Part shown: in pieces, positions 37,234 to 46,778 of the stretch
Numbering within the stretch: position 1 is the stretch's first letter
How the letters are laid out: every line of letters begins with the position of its first letter
DNA from: Alphaproteobacteria bacterium
Lineage (GTDB): Bacteria > Pseudomonadota > Alphaproteobacteria > Rickettsiales > UBA1997
Assembly: GCA_021151765.1 (NCBI GenBank)
Contig: JAGKWR010000009.1
Location: 8,525 to 72,524, forward strand
DNA length: 64,000 nucleotides
Direction of reading: 5' to 3'
Notes under the pieces: generated by a model
What the model saw: the letters and a program-made list of their open reading frames with translations, nothing else
Told to the model about the DNA's origin: nothing
Databases searched by the model: none
Position numbers and translations under genes: made by a program

Positions 37234-39066
37234 ATGTGCGGAATTGTTGGCGTTGTCGGATCTCAAGACGTTGTCGCTAAAATCATCGATGGTTTGAAAA
37301 AGCTGGAATATCGTGGATATGATTCTGCCGGTATTGCTGTGCTTGAAAATGGAGCGTTCAAAACTGTCAAAGAAGAAGGTAAAATTGCAAATTTAGAAGC
37401 TTTATTGCAGCAAAATCCTGTGCATTCAATTATCGGAATTGGTCATACGCGTTGGGCAACTCATGGTCGTCCAAGCCGTGAAAATGCTCATCCTCACGCT
37501 TCTTCAACTGTTTGCGTTGTGCATAACGGCATTATTGAAAACTACCAAGAGTTGAAAGAAAAATTGCAAAAAAGTGGCGTTGAATTTTTAAGCCAAACCG
37601 ACACCGAAGTTGTGCCGCATTTGATTGAATATCATTTCAATAAAACATCAGACATCAAAAAATCTTTGATGGCAGCTTTGGAAGAAATTCAAGGAACTTT
37701 GGCTTTAGCGGTTACTTTCAAAGGCCATGAAGATCTCATTGCTTTTGCCAAAAAAGGTTCACCGTTGATTATTGGTATCGGCAAAGATGAAAATTATGTC
37801 GCCTCTGATTATTACGCTTTAAGTGCTAATACCAATAAAATCATTGTTTTAGAAGATGGTGAATTTGGTATGGTGACTAAAAATTCTTACGAAATTTTCC
37901 AATCAGATGGTAAAGCGGTGAAGAAGAAAATCAAAACCATGGAAGCTCACAATAACAAAGTTTCCAAAGAAGGTTTTGACCACTTTATGTTGAAAGAAAT
38001 TTTCGAACAGCCACGTGTTTTGGAAGAAACAATCCAAGCTTATGTCGATATCGACAGCGTTTCGAGCAACTTGCCAAAATTCCCTTTCGATTTGTCTAAA
38101 ATCAACAAAGTTACGATTGTCGCTTGCGGCACTTCATATTACGCCGGAATGTGCGCCAAATATATGATCGAAGAAATTGCCCAAGTTGAAGTTGAAGTTG
38201 ATATTGCTTCGGAATTTCGTTACCGCTCGCATCCATTTAGAGACGATAATTTGATGGTTTTCATCTCACAATCAGGCGAAACCGCCGATACAATCGCAGC
38301 TTTGAAATATGCTAAAGTTAATGGTCAGAAAATTATGTCGATCGTTAACGTTGCTCACAGCAGCATGGCACAATTGTCGGATGCGGTAATTCGCACAATT
38401 GCTGGTCCGGAAATTGGAGTTGCTTCAACTAAAGCTTACACAGCGCAAATCGCAGTTTTGGCTTTGTTCGCTATTGAGCTTGGCGTTTTGCGTGGCAAGG
38501 TACAAAAGCAGCAAAAAATTTCTTTGATTTCACAAATCATTGAAGCCGGCTCGAAGATGAATCATTTCTTCGAAGAGAAGGCGATCAAAAATATCAAAAA
38601 AATTGCTAAATCGCTAACTCGTGCCAATCACATGCTCTACATTGGTCGTGGCATTTCTCAAGTTACGTCTTTTGAAGCTGCTTTGAAGTTGCGTGAACTT
38701 TCTTACATTGATGCTCAAGGAATTGCTGCTGGTGAATTAAAACACGGTACAATCGCTTTGATTGATAAAAAAATGCCAGTGATCGTGATTGCGCCAAGTA
38801 ACGCGCTTTTCGAAAAAATCTTGTCTAACGCTGAAGAAGTTAACGCGCGTGGCGGAAAATTAGTTTTTGTCAGCGACAAAAAAGGTCTGAGCCATTTCGG
38901 TAAAATGTCTGATCGTAAAATAGCGATTCCAGAAACTAGCGGCATTATTCAAGAAGCATTGCTGCCAGTTGTTGCAACTCAACTTTTAGCTTATTACGTC
39001 GCGTTGTTTAAAGGTAACGACGTTGACCAACCACGCAACCTGGCGAAATCAGTCACGGTTGAATAA
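37234..39066 (+). CDS. glmS: glutamine--fructose-6-phosphate aminotransferase
   Basis: MCGIVG N-terminal nucleophile, two SIS domains, C-terminus ...LAKSVTVE. Confidence 0.95.
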   Translation: MCGIVGVVGSQDVVAKIIDGLKKLEYRGYDSAGIAVLENGAFKTVKEEGKIANLEALLQQNPVHSIIGIGHTRWATHGRPSRENAHPHASSTVCVVHNGIIENYQELKEKLQKSGVEFLSQTDTEVVPHLIEYHFNKTSDIKKSLMAALEEIQGTLALAVTFKGHEDLIAFAKKGSPLIIGIGKDENYVASDYYALSANTNKIIVLEDGEFGMVTKNSYEIFQSDGKAVKKKIKTMEAHNNKVSKEGFDHFMLKEIFEQPRVLEETIQAYVDIDSVSSNLPKFPFDLSKINKVTIVACGTSYYAGMCAKYMIEEIAQVEVEVDIASEFRYRSHPFRDDNLMVFISQSGETADTIAALKYAKVNGQKIMSIVNVAHSSMAQLSDAVIRTIAGPEIGVASTKAYTAQIAVLALFAIELGVLRGKVQKQQKISLISQIIEAGSKMNHFFEEKAIKNIKKIAKSLTRANHMLYIGRGISQVTSFEAALKLRELSYIDAQGIAAGELKHGTIALIDKKMPVIVIAPSNALFEKILSNAEEVNARGGKLVFVSDKKGLSHFGKMSDRKIAIPETSGIIQEALLPVVATQLLAYYVALFKGNDVDQPRNLAKSVTVE

Positions 39067-39990
39067 ATGAACCAAAAAATGCCCACAAACAAAGAATTAA
39101 CAATTATCGTTTTAACCTTCAATAGCTCGGCAATTATTGGTCAGTGCTTATCACATCTCAATTTTGATAAATATGAAGTTGTGGTTGTTGATAATGCTAG
39201 CTCGGATCAAACTATTGAAGTTGTTAGTCGCCATTTTCCAAAAGCCAAAATAGTGCAGATAGAAAAAAATATTGGTTATGGTTGTGGCAACAACGTTGCT
39301 TTGAAAAATGTTACTACAGAGTTTGCTTTGGTTTTGAATCCGGATGCGGTGATTTTTGAAAAAGATATTGAAGAATCTTTAGCTCAGTTAAAAAAGTTTC
39401 CAAAGGTTGTAAATGCTGGTCCGGTAGTTTTGAGAAATTATCCGTTCGATCAAATTGAGTTAGAAAATAAAATCAAAATGATGAACGAAGATTTTTACGG
39501 TATCAAAGATTGTTACCGTGAGAAGTTGGATGAAAATTATTCAGTACGATTTGTTGTTGGTGCGGCTTTGTTTTTGCGAATGAGTTTGATGAAAGAAATA
39601 GGCTATTTCGACGAGAAGTTTTTTATGTATTATGAAGATGATGAGCTTTGTAAAAGAGTGCGTGATTATGGTTATGAATCGATGATTATTACTTCCGCAA
39701 TAGCTTTCCATATTGGTGGTGAATCTTCCGAAAAATCCCTGCGTGCGCTTTACAAAAAATATTGGCATTTATCGTGGTCAAAAATGTATTGGAAAGGAAT
39801 TCAAAAGGGTGGTTTGCGTTGTAAAAGATCGGCTTTGAAAATTGCGATTTTAAATTTTTCCAAATCAATTTTATTGGCACTTACATTCCAAAAAGAAGAG
39901 GCAATTAAATCATTTGCTACATCTTTTGGTGCTTTTGCTTTTTTTATTGGTCTTGACGCATTTAAGAAAAATGGTGAGTCGCGAGGGTAA
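39067..39990 (+). CDS. glycosyltransferase family 2 (rhamnosyltransferase-like)
   Basis: IIVLTFNS...VVVVDNASSD...NIGYGCGNN...LNPDAV...YYEDDELC. The start codon directly abuts the glmS stop. Confidence 0.8.
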   Translation: MNQKMPTNKELTIIVLTFNSSAIIGQCLSHLNFDKYEVVVVDNASSDQTIEVVSRHFPKAKIVQIEKNIGYGCGNNVALKNVTTEFALVLNPDAVIFEKDIEESLAQLKKFPKVVNAGPVVLRNYPFDQIELENKIKMMNEDFYGIKDCYREKLDENYSVRFVVGAALFLRMSLMKEIGYFDEKFFMYYEDDELCKRVRDYGYESMIITSAIAFHIGGESSEKSLRALYKKYWHLSWSKMYWKGIQKGGLRCKRSALKIAILNFSKSILLALTFQKEEAIKSFATSFGAFAFFIGLDAFKKNGESRG

Positions 39991-40066
39991 AAACTAAATT
40001 TTGATTTTTCAGAATTTAGGGGAAGTCACTTTAGAAAATAGAGTTAGAATAGTTGAAGATCCTAGC

Positions 40067-40483
40067 TCACGAGTTTCTAATTTTTAATAAAGTTTCATTT
40101 ATTAGTGTTGATGAAGTAGTTTTGGTATATGGAAAGTACATTACTTTAACTCCTACTTCTTTAAATCTATTTTCCATATCCTTCCATTTTGCATCAAGAA
40201 ACCAATCATCTCCTACGAATAAAACGTTAAATTTTATTTTTTCCCAAGCTTTGAATTTATCTATCTCAAATTGTGGAATTGCTGAATCAACATATTTAAT
40301 CGATCGAACTATTTCTATTCTTTCATCAAAAGGTATAACTGACTTTTTATTTTTATAGCTGACTAACTCATCAGATGTAACTCCAACTATTAACTTATCA
40401 CACATTCCTTTGGCATTTCTTAGCAAATTTAGGTGACCAACATGAAATAAATCATAAACACCAGTAGTATACCCGATAATCAT
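40067..40483 (-). CDS. tagD: glycerol-3-phosphate cytidylyltransferase
   Basis: GYTTGVYDLFHVGHLNLL (HxGH) and 138 aa, typical of TagD/TarD. Confidence 0.85.
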   Translation of the reverse strand: MIIGYTTGVYDLFHVGHLNLLRNAKGMCDKLIVGVTSDELVSYKNKKSVIPFDERIEIVRSIKYVDSAIPQFEIDKFKAWEKIKFNVLFVGDDWFLDAKWKDMENRFKEVGVKVMYFPYTKTTSSTLINETLLKIRNS

Positions 40484-40486
40484 ATT

Positions 40487-42034
40487 CTAAAACGATTGTT
40501 TAAAAATTTCTAAATTAAGATCCAGCCACTTGTCATATCCATTAGTATGAGAATCTTTTATAATTCTATTAACATCAACCGGGAAGCCAACTTTAGATCT
40601 TTGGATTATTTCTTTTGGTAAGTATTTATCTGCTACTCTTTTTAGTAACATTTTTGGATTTGAGGAAGAGGTGCGTTGATTAAAAGGAACTCCAGACATT
40701 GCTTCTATTAGTCTATAATCAAGAAATGGTGAGCGAGCCTCAATTCCTGCAAGCATTGAAGAGCTATCTAATCTTTTCAGTAGACCACTTAAATGGCTAA
40801 TTTGAAAAAAGGCAGCCACTATATCGATAGTATTCTCATATTTACTTAGAAATGGAGATAACGCATCTTCTAATACTTCCATGTCTTTATTGCTTCCATA
40901 GGAATAAAACTTATCAAATTCGTACAAATCAAATTTATTAGAATTAGCCCAGCTAAATATCCGGTCATAACCAAAAAATATTTCGTCAGCACCTTCACCA
41001 CTGATCAATACTGTATTATAAGCTTTAGCTTCTTTGCTCATCTTGTAGATTAGAACTTCGTTTGGAACTGACAGCGGTTCTCGTTTTTTGCCAATCATAA
41101 AACGTAGTAATTCAATAAACTCTTCATCATTTATGAAAATTTTATGATGATTTGAATTAATATAATTACTGACCAGATCAGACCATTGAAATTCATTGTT
41201 GTATTCAAATCCTATTGACCAGGTATGGAAGTCTTCTTTTATATTTTTTGCAATTACAGAAGAAATAAAACTGCTATCTAATCCTCCACTTAAATAAGAA
41301 CCTATAGAAACATCGCTTATCATTCTGTAATTGATCGCACTTAGTAGTAATTCTTCTAACTCTTCCTCAGAAGGAGCAGTTTTATCTACTATGTTTAGTT
41401 CCCAATATTTTTTGATAGAATTACCATCAAAGTAGTGGCCGCCTTCTAAAGCTTTAATTTCTTTGAAGAAAGTTCTGCCATTAAATAGTGATCTTAATTT
41501 TTTGTATTGTCGTAATGAAAAATCATCAACATTACAGTTTCCAAGCAATTCAATAATTGATGATGTATCAGAGCTAAAAATAATCCCAGTATGGCTCTTA
41601 TAGTAATATAAAGGTTTGACACCCAATCTATCTCGTGCAGCGAAGATTCTATCCTCAATTGAGTCATATATAACAAAAGCGAACATTCCGTTTAACTTAT
41701 TGAGAAAGGAAGATCCAATTTTTATGTAGAGCTTTAGTAGAAGTTCAGTATCACAGTTTGTTTCTAAAGGAATATTATAATCTTTGGCTAATTCTTTGTA
41801 GTTATAAATCTCTCCATTATAGACCATAATGTATCTTCCATCCTTTGATTTAAAGGGTTGATTAGATCTTGGATTGTTATCAATTATGACAAGTCTATTA
41901 TGACCAAATTTATGATTTTTATGCTCTGAATAGCATTGGGGATAATCTGGACCTCGATAAGATGAGACGGAGAGAGATTTTAAGAAGCTCGCTTTAGAAA
42001 GAGCTGGAATATTTGTATATAATAAGCCGCACAT
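40487..42034 (-). CDS. asnB: asparagine synthase (glutamine-hydrolysing) family amidotransferase
   Basis: MCGL N-terminal Cys nucleophile and SGGLDSS PP-loop. Its setting in a glycan cluster suggests a sugar or uronate amidotransferase role. Confidence 0.8.
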   Translation of the reverse strand: MCGLLYTNIPALSKASFLKSLSVSSYRGPDYPQCYSEHKNHKFGHNRLVIIDNNPRSNQPFKSKDGRYIMVYNGEIYNYKELAKDYNIPLETNCDTELLLKLYIKIGSSFLNKLNGMFAFVIYDSIEDRIFAARDRLGVKPLYYYKSHTGIIFSSDTSSIIELLGNCNVDDFSLRQYKKLRSLFNGRTFFKEIKALEGGHYFDGNSIKKYWELNIVDKTAPSEEELEELLLSAINYRMISDVSIGSYLSGGLDSSFISSVIAKNIKEDFHTWSIGFEYNNEFQWSDLVSNYINSNHHKIFINDEEFIELLRFMIGKKREPLSVPNEVLIYKMSKEAKAYNTVLISGEGADEIFFGYDRIFSWANSNKFDLYEFDKFYSYGSNKDMEVLEDALSPFLSKYENTIDIVAAFFQISHLSGLLKRLDSSSMLAGIEARSPFLDYRLIEAMSGVPFNQRTSSSNPKMLLKRVADKYLPKEIIQRSKVGFPVDVNRIIKDSHTNGYDKWLDLNLEIFKQSF

Positions 42035-43119
42035 TACTTGAAACTTTTTAATAGTTTAAAAACCCGCTTCGAAAATTTATTATCGTAAGTGTTATACTTA
42101 ATGGCGATTTGTTTGCTTTTATTGGAGCCAGATAAAATCGATTTTTTTAGTTCATCGGTATTTATACATACATCACCAGCACTGTTATCTTCAGACATTA
42201 TATCGAAATACAGATTTCTTATGTTAAGTGAATATAAATCATGATTGGGAATAAAATGGATAATTCTGTTTCCTGTTAAAGCAAAATCAAATAGAACAGA
42301 TGAATAATCAGTTATCATGAGATCAAATAAATTCATGGCTGGATATAAATCACAATCAGTTTCCAATAAAATGATATTGTTAAACTGATCTTTTAACTGT
42401 GAGGAGTTATCAGCAACGTGTTTTTTTGTGAGTAGTAGAAAATTATTTGATTGTAAGAAATCATCAAAATCCTGATTTATCCAAGCAAATGAGTTAATAT
42501 CCTGACTATCATCAAATGTTGGTAGATAAAGTATGAGTTTTCTATTTTTTCTGAGTTCTTCAATGTAGCTGATAAAATTAAGATCTTTACGAGTTGGATT
42601 TAGCTTATTACTTAACCAATCGTTCCTTGGAAGCCCTGTAACATATATTGAAGATCTATTTAAATTAAAGGCTGTTGCAAGGTTGTTTCTGTCAAAATCA
42701 CTGGCCGCAACTATAATATCGGGTTTTCCAAATGCATCTATCGATGTTTTGTAATCAGTTTTTACATCCAGTCCGTTAGTTTTGAGGGCAATTCCATGCC
42801 ACAAATTAACATGAAAAGAGTTCTTAAAATATTGTGAGTTTATATCATTTATTCCCCAATCGGTGATGTGATATTTGGCAATTAAACATAGTATTTTTGC
42901 TACTGATGATTCTGCATGAAAGGCAAAAAAGCCTTCTGATCTTAATTCTTTAACTAACTCAGAATTCATCGAAATCCAAATTGGCTTCACAAGCTTCCTT
43001 TTGTGACAATATAGAAAAAATGCTTTAGAGTTATGAAAGAAGGACTCTCTCTTAAAAGAACCAAAAACCCATATTGGCGAGAATCTTTTTGCTAAGTTTT
43101 TTATAGTTCTTGTTAACAT
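42034..43119 (-). CDS. CDP-glycerol glycerophosphotransferase family (TagB/TagF-like)
   Basis: LYLPTFDD and ITDYSSVLFDFALTGNRIIHF, typical of the Glyphos_transf family. Confidence 0.7.
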   Translation of the reverse strand: MLTRTIKNLAKRFSPIWVFGSFKRESFFHNSKAFFLYCHKRKLVKPIWISMNSELVKELRSEGFFAFHAESSVAKILCLIAKYHITDWGINDINSQYFKNSFHVNLWHGIALKTNGLDVKTDYKTSIDAFGKPDIIVAASDFDRNNLATAFNLNRSSIYVTGLPRNDWLSNKLNPTRKDLNFISYIEELRKNRKLILYLPTFDDSQDINSFAWINQDFDDFLQSNNFLLLTKKHVADNSSQLKDQFNNIILLETDCDLYPAMNLFDLMITDYSSVLFDFALTGNRIIHFIPNHDLYSLNIRNLYFDIMSEDNSAGDVCINTDELKKSILSGSNKSKQIAIKYNTYDNKFSKRVFKLLKSFK

Positions 43120-43120
43120 T

Positions 43121-44334
43121 CTTAATTAGTGGATTTTTTATTATTTCCGAATTTTGTCTAGTTTAGATAGATTGATTTAACTGTTAGAGTTTTATCGTAT
43201 TTAAACAAATAGTATCATAATTTTTTGTTTGGATTTTGAGAAACATACTTTCATGTCGTTCCACAATATCATCTCGATTTAATAGAAAGTAAGCAAGATT
43301 AGCTAACCCAATTTTTTCTTCTAGCTAAGATTTCAGTTTGTTGTTCTCCTATGTTCAAATTATTCTCTATTTTCACATTAACTGTTTTGAGTTTGCTGTA
43401 CGCCTTGCAACGATAGATAACTCAAATCTTTTTGTAGAGTGTAATAGGAAAAGTTGATATTGGAAATATGCTCTTTTGGTAAGTTCTTAAGATTATTATT
43501 TTTTAAATTTGTAGGTCATTGCATAACGATCCATCATCTCTGGTTTGCCAATTGGTCACCTAAACATATCCAGAATGTTGATGCATAGAAGGTCCGCTAT
43601 CAACTAAAATTGTTTTTCGATTATGCAACTTTTGGTAAATTTTATTCCAATCAAAATTTACTAAATGAATTTCGATTGCTGTAAACATTCTCCGGAAAAT
43701 GAACCAGTTTCTTTATGAGGGGTGGGTTGTTTTCTGCCGATATCATTCCAAGAATGAGCGAAGTAATAAATATCATGATTTTGGCTATTAAAATTCCATC
43801 TTGTGAAGGCATTTTTAAATCCTCTTAATTGGCCAGAAATGCAGATGGTAATTTTTTTGGTATTAGCAATATTTGGAGGGAAACTAGTTTCTTTAAATTG
43901 AGATAAACATTATTGATAAAGATCACGTTTGCTGTAGATGTATTCTATTGTGGGTTGAATGTTAGAGGGTAATTAGGAATTTAAGCAGAATTTTTTATGT
44001 GGTCGCGAATATTTTCTATGGCATGATTTATTTCTGCAGGATTTAGGAAATCTCGATCACTTAAAATCTTAAGGCAGTATTCTTTTGAGCTGATTACTTC
44101 AAAATTTTCGGGAAAAAGAACTTCAGCTTTTAACCAAAAAGCGAGTGTATATTTTAAATCTCCTCTTTTTTGGACTTTTCTGGCGTAATTACGTATATTA
44201 TTTACTGGAAAGAGACCGCCATATCTATTACTGAATATTTCGGCGAATCTTATATAACAAAAAACACCATCATTATGTTTTTGTAGTGATGCGTTTTTTA
44301 AAGTAAAATACTGGGATACGGAAAACTTTAATAA
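43121..44334 (-). pseudogene. eroded minus-strand gene(s): start-less open frames separated by frameshifts and stops
   Basis: No ORF of 60 aa or more appears in any frame across about 1.15 kb. My own translation finds three fragments:
- 117 open codons with no ATG/GTG/TTG at 43981-44334 (...GGLFPVNNIRNYARKVQKRGDLKYTLAFWLKAEVLF...).
- 82 open codons at 43661-43909 (...KKITICISGQLRGFKNAFTRWNFNSQNHDIYYFAHSWNDIGRK...).
- A further protein-like piece (MFTAIEIHLVNFDWNKIYQKLHNRKTILVDSGPSMHQHSGYV). Confidence 0.55.
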
Positions 44335-45367
44335 TTATGGCGTTTCCTTTAGTGACTTTTTTTTGAATGAAGAATTTTTTATTAATTCTATCGTTGATGC
44401 TTAATTCTATAAATTCGCTCACCTTATCAGATTTCTTTAAATTTACTCCAATTCTTTTGGCATGAGATTTGATCAAATTACAATCAAAAGCTGTGTAATG
44501 ACTAATTATTTCTTCCCAAAAGTTGGAAATTTTATGCTTTAAGAAAAGGGTTCTGGATTGATCTATGACTACTCTTTTTACTAAAGGAAAGCCAAGTTTT
44601 ATCTGAATTAGAAACTTATTAGAATGAATTTGGTTGTGTGTGGAAACGTCAAAAATGTCTCCCAATATTTTTCTAATAATGTCAGGAGACTGAAAGATTT
44701 TTGATTTGTTACCAACTATTTGGGATATTTCTTTTGTTAGAGTTTTATAGTTGTGGAGGATGTATTCGTTAACTTTATCTCGTGGAAGATATACTGATAT
44801 TTTTTTGTTATTTTTTAGCAATAGTTGCGAAGTGCCTTCTTCGTAATGTTTTACTATATCAGCCGGTTGCGCGTAGTTTTTGATTCCTTTGATAAAGTCT
44901 ATAAAAAACTCTTGCTGGAAAGATGATCTGCGGAACGCAAGAAAATAACTTTGCAGATGGTAAGAATCATATTTCGATGGAATGTTTGTGTAATCGTCAG
45001 CTAATCCCCAAGCATCACATTCTGTTGTTTCCATCTCAGCAAAAACTTTATCAAAATCTCCGACACAGTAACAGGAGTCATTCACAAAGATTAATTCATC
45101 AGAATCACGAAAAATTTCGGGATAATCAGTCATTAAAATCTGGAAACCCTTTTTATAACTGCCGAAATCTTTAGAAAAATTTGATCTCTCGCAAAGATTA
45201 AAAATAGTTAAACCAGCAAGTTTCTCTTGTTCCTTTTCGTCTATAACGCAATCAGATATAAATAGAATATTATCTACAAATTTTTTTAATTTGTTCAGAT
45301 ATAAAATTACGTAATCATCGATAACGCCTTTAGCATCATAATGTGCAAATATAGCGACTCTTTTCAT
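44273..45367 (-). CDS. rhamnan-synthesis protein F (RgpF)-like glycan biosynthesis protein
   Basis: VAIFAHYDAKGVIDDYVILYL...DFGSYKKGF...ELIFVNDSCY matches the proteobacterial RgpF-like pattern as I remember it. Confidence 0.55.
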   Translation of the reverse strand: MKRVAIFAHYDAKGVIDDYVILYLNKLKKFVDNILFISDCVIDEKEQEKLAGLTIFNLCERSNFSKDFGSYKKGFQILMTDYPEIFRDSDELIFVNDSCYCVGDFDKVFAEMETTECDAWGLADDYTNIPSKYDSYHLQSYFLAFRRSSFQQEFFIDFIKGIKNYAQPADIVKHYEEGTSQLLLKNNKKISVYLPRDKVNEYILHNYKTLTKEISQIVGNKSKIFQSPDIIRKILGDIFDVSTHNQIHSNKFLIQIKLGFPLVKRVVIDQSRTLFLKHKISNFWEEIISHYTAFDCNLIKSHAKRIGVNLKKSDKVSEFIELSINDRINKKFFIQKKVTKGNAIIIKVFRIPVFYFKKRITTKT

Positions 45368-45387
45368 TTTGTTTGATTAAAATTTTT

Positions 45388-46278
45388 TTAGTGAATTCCT
45401 TCAAGATAAGTTCGATAAGGCGAACCTTTTTTGTAGTTATTGATCAGTTTCTGAAATTGTTCAAAGTTGATAAAACACTTGCGATAAGCCATTTCTTCGA
45501 TGCAGGCGATTTTCAATCCTTGGCGTTTTTCAATTGTGTGAATGAATTGTGATGCTTCTAAAAGTGAGTCGGGAGTTCCAGCATCAAGCCAAGCAAAACC
45601 ACGTTTTAATCTTACAATTCCCAGTTTGCCTTTTTGTAAATAAGCGTTGTTAACGTCAGTAATCTCAAGTTCTCCGCGCGCAGAAGGTTTGAGGTTTTTA
45701 GTGATCTCAACAACTTCTGAGTTGTAAATATAAAGACCAGTAACAGCTAAATTTGATTTCGGATGTTTTGGTTTTTCTTCAATTGAAATTGCTTTTTCTT
45801 CATTTTTATCAAATTCAACGACGCCATATCTTTCAGGGTCAGAAACGTGGTAAGCAAAAACAAATGCGCCCATTTTACCTTCTTCGATTTGTGAAATTTT
45901 ATCTTTCAAGTCGCTACGGTTAATTTCATTTCCGTAAAAAATATTATCGCCGAGAATCAGGCAAACATTGTCATTTCCAATAAAATCTTTGCCGATAATG
46001 AAAGCTTCGGCAATGCCTTTTGGTTGGTCTTGAATTGCGTAAGAAATTTTGATTCCATAGCTTGATCCATCGCCCAAAAATTTTTCGATATTTGGTGTGT
46101 CTTGTGGAGTTGAGATAATCAAAATGTCTTTAATCTCAAGATTCATCAATGTTGAAAGTGGGTAACAAATCATCGGTTTGTCGTAAACCGGAAGTAATTG
46201 TTTGCTGATAACATTGGTTAAAGGAGCAAGTCTAGTACCGCTTCCGCCTGCAAGAATAATGCCTTTCATATTAGTCAT
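45388..46278 (-). CDS. rfbA: glucose-1-phosphate thymidylyltransferase
   Basis: [17 protein letters not shown]...[12 protein letters not shown]...GLKIACIEE. The start may instead be the ATG 9 nt downstream. Confidence 0.9.
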   Translation of the reverse strand: MTNMKGIILAGGSGTRLAPLTNVISKQLLPVYDKPMICYPLSTLMNLEIKDILIISTPQDTPNIEKFLGDGSSYGIKISYAIQDQPKGIAEAFIIGKDFIGNDNVCLILGDNIFYGNEINRSDLKDKISQIEEGKMGAFVFAYHVSDPERYGVVEFDKNEEKAISIEEKPKHPKSNLAVTGLYIYNSEVVEITKNLKPSARGELEITDVNNAYLQKGKLGIVRLKRGFAWLDAGTPDSLLEASQFIHTIEKRQGLKIACIEEMAYRKCFINFEQFQKLINNYKKGSPYRTYLEGIH

Positions 46279-46576
46279 TCATTAAAAAAAATCTTTCTTT
46301 GTGTTTTTCTGTAAAGTCTTCAATCGTAAGCTCAGTTGCATTGGAAGCTGAGTTCATTATTAAAACTTTTCCTGAGTGATAATTACCATCAGTACTATCG
46401 AAAAAATCGATAATAGATCCTTCACGGACTAGATTACCAGATTCAATTTGGATGGCAGAATTATTTTTTAAATCAATTCCATCCCACGCAAGAGCTGTTT
46501 CGTTTTGTAAAAGGAAAATGCAAACTAAGACTAGTGCGGTTTCGGATGTTTTTTTGTAGTGATTTGTGAGTTTCAT
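46271..46576 (-). CDS. hypothetical small secreted protein
   Basis: 101 aa with a signal-peptide-like [18 protein letters not shown]|W. Overlaps the rfbA start by 8 nt. No family recognised. Confidence 0.4.
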   Translation of the reverse strand: MKLTNHYKKTSETALVLVCIFLLQNETALAWDGIDLKNNSAIQIESGNLVREGSIIDFFDSTDGNYHSGKVLIMNSASNATELTIEDFTEKHKERFFLMND

Positions 46577-46597
46577 AATTTTTTGGTGAAAATGGTG

Positions 46598-46626
46598 TTG
46601 ACTTTTTTAAAGGTGACGTGTCTATT
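46598..46626 (+). promoter_or_regulatory. candidate promoter for tRNA-Pro
   Basis: TTGACT (46598-46603), a 17-nt spacer, then TCTATT (46621-46626), followed by a GC-rich discriminator GCGCGCC. About 70 nt upstream of the tRNA. Confidence 0.25.
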
Positions 46627-46695
46627 GCGCGCCTTCTTTTTTACAAAGATAAATCCACTTCTCAAAAAACCAACAAATCTTTCTATTTTTTTACT

Positions 46696-46773
46696 CGGGG
46701 CGTAGCGCAGTCTGGCTAGCGCATCTGGTTTGGGACCAGAGGGTCGGGAGTTCGAATCTCTCCGCCCCGACCA
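46696..46773 (+). tRNA. tRNA-Pro (anticodon UGG), CCA encoded
   Basis: Manual cloverleaf: acceptor CGGGGCG/CGCCCCG, D stem GCGC/GCGC, anticodon stem TCTGG/CCAGA with loop TTTGGGA, T arm GGGAG-TTCGAAT-CTCTC, then A-CCA. Confidence 0.9.
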
Positions 46774-46778
46774 CTTCT

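Noticed and set aside
39993-40020. Inverted repeat CTAAATT-N12-AATTTAG after the GT2 gene, as a terminator; similar weak AT-only stems lie after dxr (~51703-51720) and mgtE (~59905-59920).
   Set aside because: The stems are short and all A/T, with weak predicted stability and no clear U-tract. That is not enough to call terminators.
39991-46773. Genomic island integrated at tRNA-Pro, as a mobile element.
   Set aside because: No integrase, transposase or excisionase is present, and I found no direct repeat of the tRNA 3' end at the far boundary. Only composition and gene content hint at horizontal origin, so I report it as a finding rather than annotate a mobile element.
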